In this document: positions 62,748-64,000 of the stretch, in pieces
Layout: every line of letters starts with the position of its first letter
How positions within the stretch are numbered: the stretch's first letter is position 1
Virus record (IMG/VR): IMGVR_UViG_3300035208_002115
Length of the DNA: 64,000 nt
Reading direction: 5' to 3' (one strand)
From: a virus
Taxonomy: Duplodnaviria > Caudoviricetes
The notes under the pieces: generated by a model
Told to the model about the DNA's origin: nothing
The model's database searches: none
The model's input: the letters and a program-made list of their open reading frames with translations, nothing else
Made by a program: the position numbers and the translations under genes

Positions 62748-63210
62748 AAAAAGAGAAATCCTAATATACATAACAGTTATCTTGTGGATAGTGTTTGGTG
62801 TAGCAACAGCATTTTATACTGTTACTTATGCTCAAATGGCTGTATACTTCTTATCTCTAACTGGATTTGTTTCGGCTTACATATGGGGAGAAAGTGTTAG
62901 AAAATCTACATCAACATCAATTTTCTTCAAAGGTAGAACGTCTTCAAGAGAAAAGATGATTTATGTAACTGTATTTTTATGGACTGTATTGGGTGTTACT
63001 GGTTTATTGACAAACGCTGATTTTATAAATCTTTCAGCATACTTTGGGGCTTTAACACCATTTGTGTCTGCTTATATTTTGGGTAAGGCATATATGCCTA
63101 ATGGTGATGAAACACCAGATTCCGAAACACCAAATTCTGGTTCTACTTCAGGTATAGTTGTAACACCAGTTGTTCCGACTGTAAATAAACCAGATAGTGA
63201 ATTAGGTTAA
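62725..63210 (+). CDS. Four-TM membrane protein made of two internal repeats (possible holin)
   Basis: RE..IY.TV.LW...GV...YF..LT.FVSAYI.G occurs twice. Confidence 0.55.
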   Translation: MALDLSTEKREILIYITVILWIVFGVATAFYTVTYAQMAVYFLSLTGFVSAYIWGESVRKSTSTSIFFKGRTSSREKMIYVTVFLWTVLGVTGLLTNADFINLSAYFGALTPFVSAYILGKAYMPNGDETPDSETPNSGSTSGIVVTPVVPTVNKPDSELG

Positions 63211-63212
63211 TA

Positions 63213-63801
63213 CTATTCATCCATGAAAACTGACATTGCTTCATAAACAGATTTTCCAGCAATTTCTGTTATAACAACTTGCATGTCTAATGTGAATGTT
63301 TCTCTCCAATTCCAAAATAATAACGAGTAAAACAAACTCACTAAGAATAATACAATAAATAGTATCCACCCCATTATAAATTTTAAAATAAACACAAACA
63401 AAGCCATATTATATTTTTTTTAGTAAAGATATTAATTCTTCGTCTAATATAGTATTATGTTTTTTATATTTTTCATATGGAATATCTACTGAGAATGATT
63501 TATCCAGTCTGAAATCCCAAAGAAATGACTCTCTATTTCCCCAGAAAACAACATTATAAGAACTATCTGAATCCATACGTATTGTGATATCTGTATAATA
63601 TGGCAACCCAATACACGTATCTATTTTAAAACCGTGTTCATTTTTATATATCAAAGATACGTGTTCTATGATATATTTCTTACACTTTTTAGTTGAAATT
63701 TCGGTCGTTAATACCAATGATATTATAAACATTGTAAAACCAGTTAAGGCAGCCAATAAACTAAAAATGTTAAATTTAGATAACTTTTTCATGTTTTTCA
63801 T
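63213..63801 (-). CDS. Two membrane proteins (63213-63407, 63409-63801)
   Basis: N-terminal hydrophobic helices. Confidence 0.6.
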
Positions 63802-64000
63802 TTTTCATTTTTATAAATTCATCGTATGATGTATTATCCTTTTCAATATTACATTTGTTACAACACTCAATAAAATTCTTACTATCTGTAATATCGTCAC
63901 ATTTATCTTTTGGAACTTTGTGGTCAACTGTTATAAGTTCATTTCTGTTATCTTGATACAATTTATTTCTAACTTGAATCTTATATATTTTTTTTCCACA
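63776..64000 (-). CDS. HNH endonuclease, probably partial at the window edge
   Basis: TVDHKVPK...N...CCNKCNIEK. Confidence 0.75.
   Translation of the reverse strand, partial: CGKKIYKIQVRNKLYQDNRNELITVDHKVPKDKCDDITDSKNFIECCNKCNIEKDNTSYDEFIKMKNEKHEKVI

Noticed and set aside
1-64000. Genome-wide stop-codon recoding (TAG=Gln, as in some Bacteroidota megaphages)
   Set aside because: Long genes are intact under code 11, TAG terminates genes ahead of terminators (e.g. 31639), and I found only one internal TAG.
1-64000. CRISPR array, tRNA or rRNA genes
   Set aside because: No regularly spaced repeats, cloverleaf or long GC-rich RNA-like stretch seen by eye; tRNAscan-SE would be the definitive check.

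Overview
Very AT-rich (roughly 25% GC by eye, not computed), gene-dense 64 kb segment that looks like part of a large T4-like/jumbo tailed phage genome, probably infecting Bacteroidota. Host evidence: TAnnTTTG promoters including one full TTTG-N20-TACCTTTG, and A-rich leaders without Shine-Dalgarno sequences. Recognisable genes include a gp46/SbcC-like ATPase, primase, two 3'-5' exonucleases, DHFR, RtcB, a MoxR AAA+/vWA module, patatin, a radical SAM protein, GT25, an HD-domain hydrolase, pyruvoyl arginine decarboxylase, an amidoligase-like protein, a gp13-like neck protein and putative homing/HNH nucleases. I saw no tRNA, rRNA or CRISPR array. The main unexplained structure is a two-tag 'address code' on otherwise unrelated proteins. 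About 20 proteins end in a basic amphipathic tail, R-x-x-K-[IL]-x-x-[IL]-[LF], conserved at protein level across synonymous codons. About 20 other proteins start with M-K-x-[LI]-K-x-F-x-x-F-x-x-E, resembling the T4 capsid-targeting sequence, and mostly follow a TTAATATATA promoter. Three promoter classes can be read directly from the DNA. Other oddities: catalytically dead DeoC and PolB-palm proteins, possible major-capsid fragments, candidate packaged ADP-ribosyltransferases, an in-frame TAG in rtcB, a possible +1 frameshift fusion, and a short promoter-to-terminator transcript. All family assignments are motif recognition from memory, not database results.
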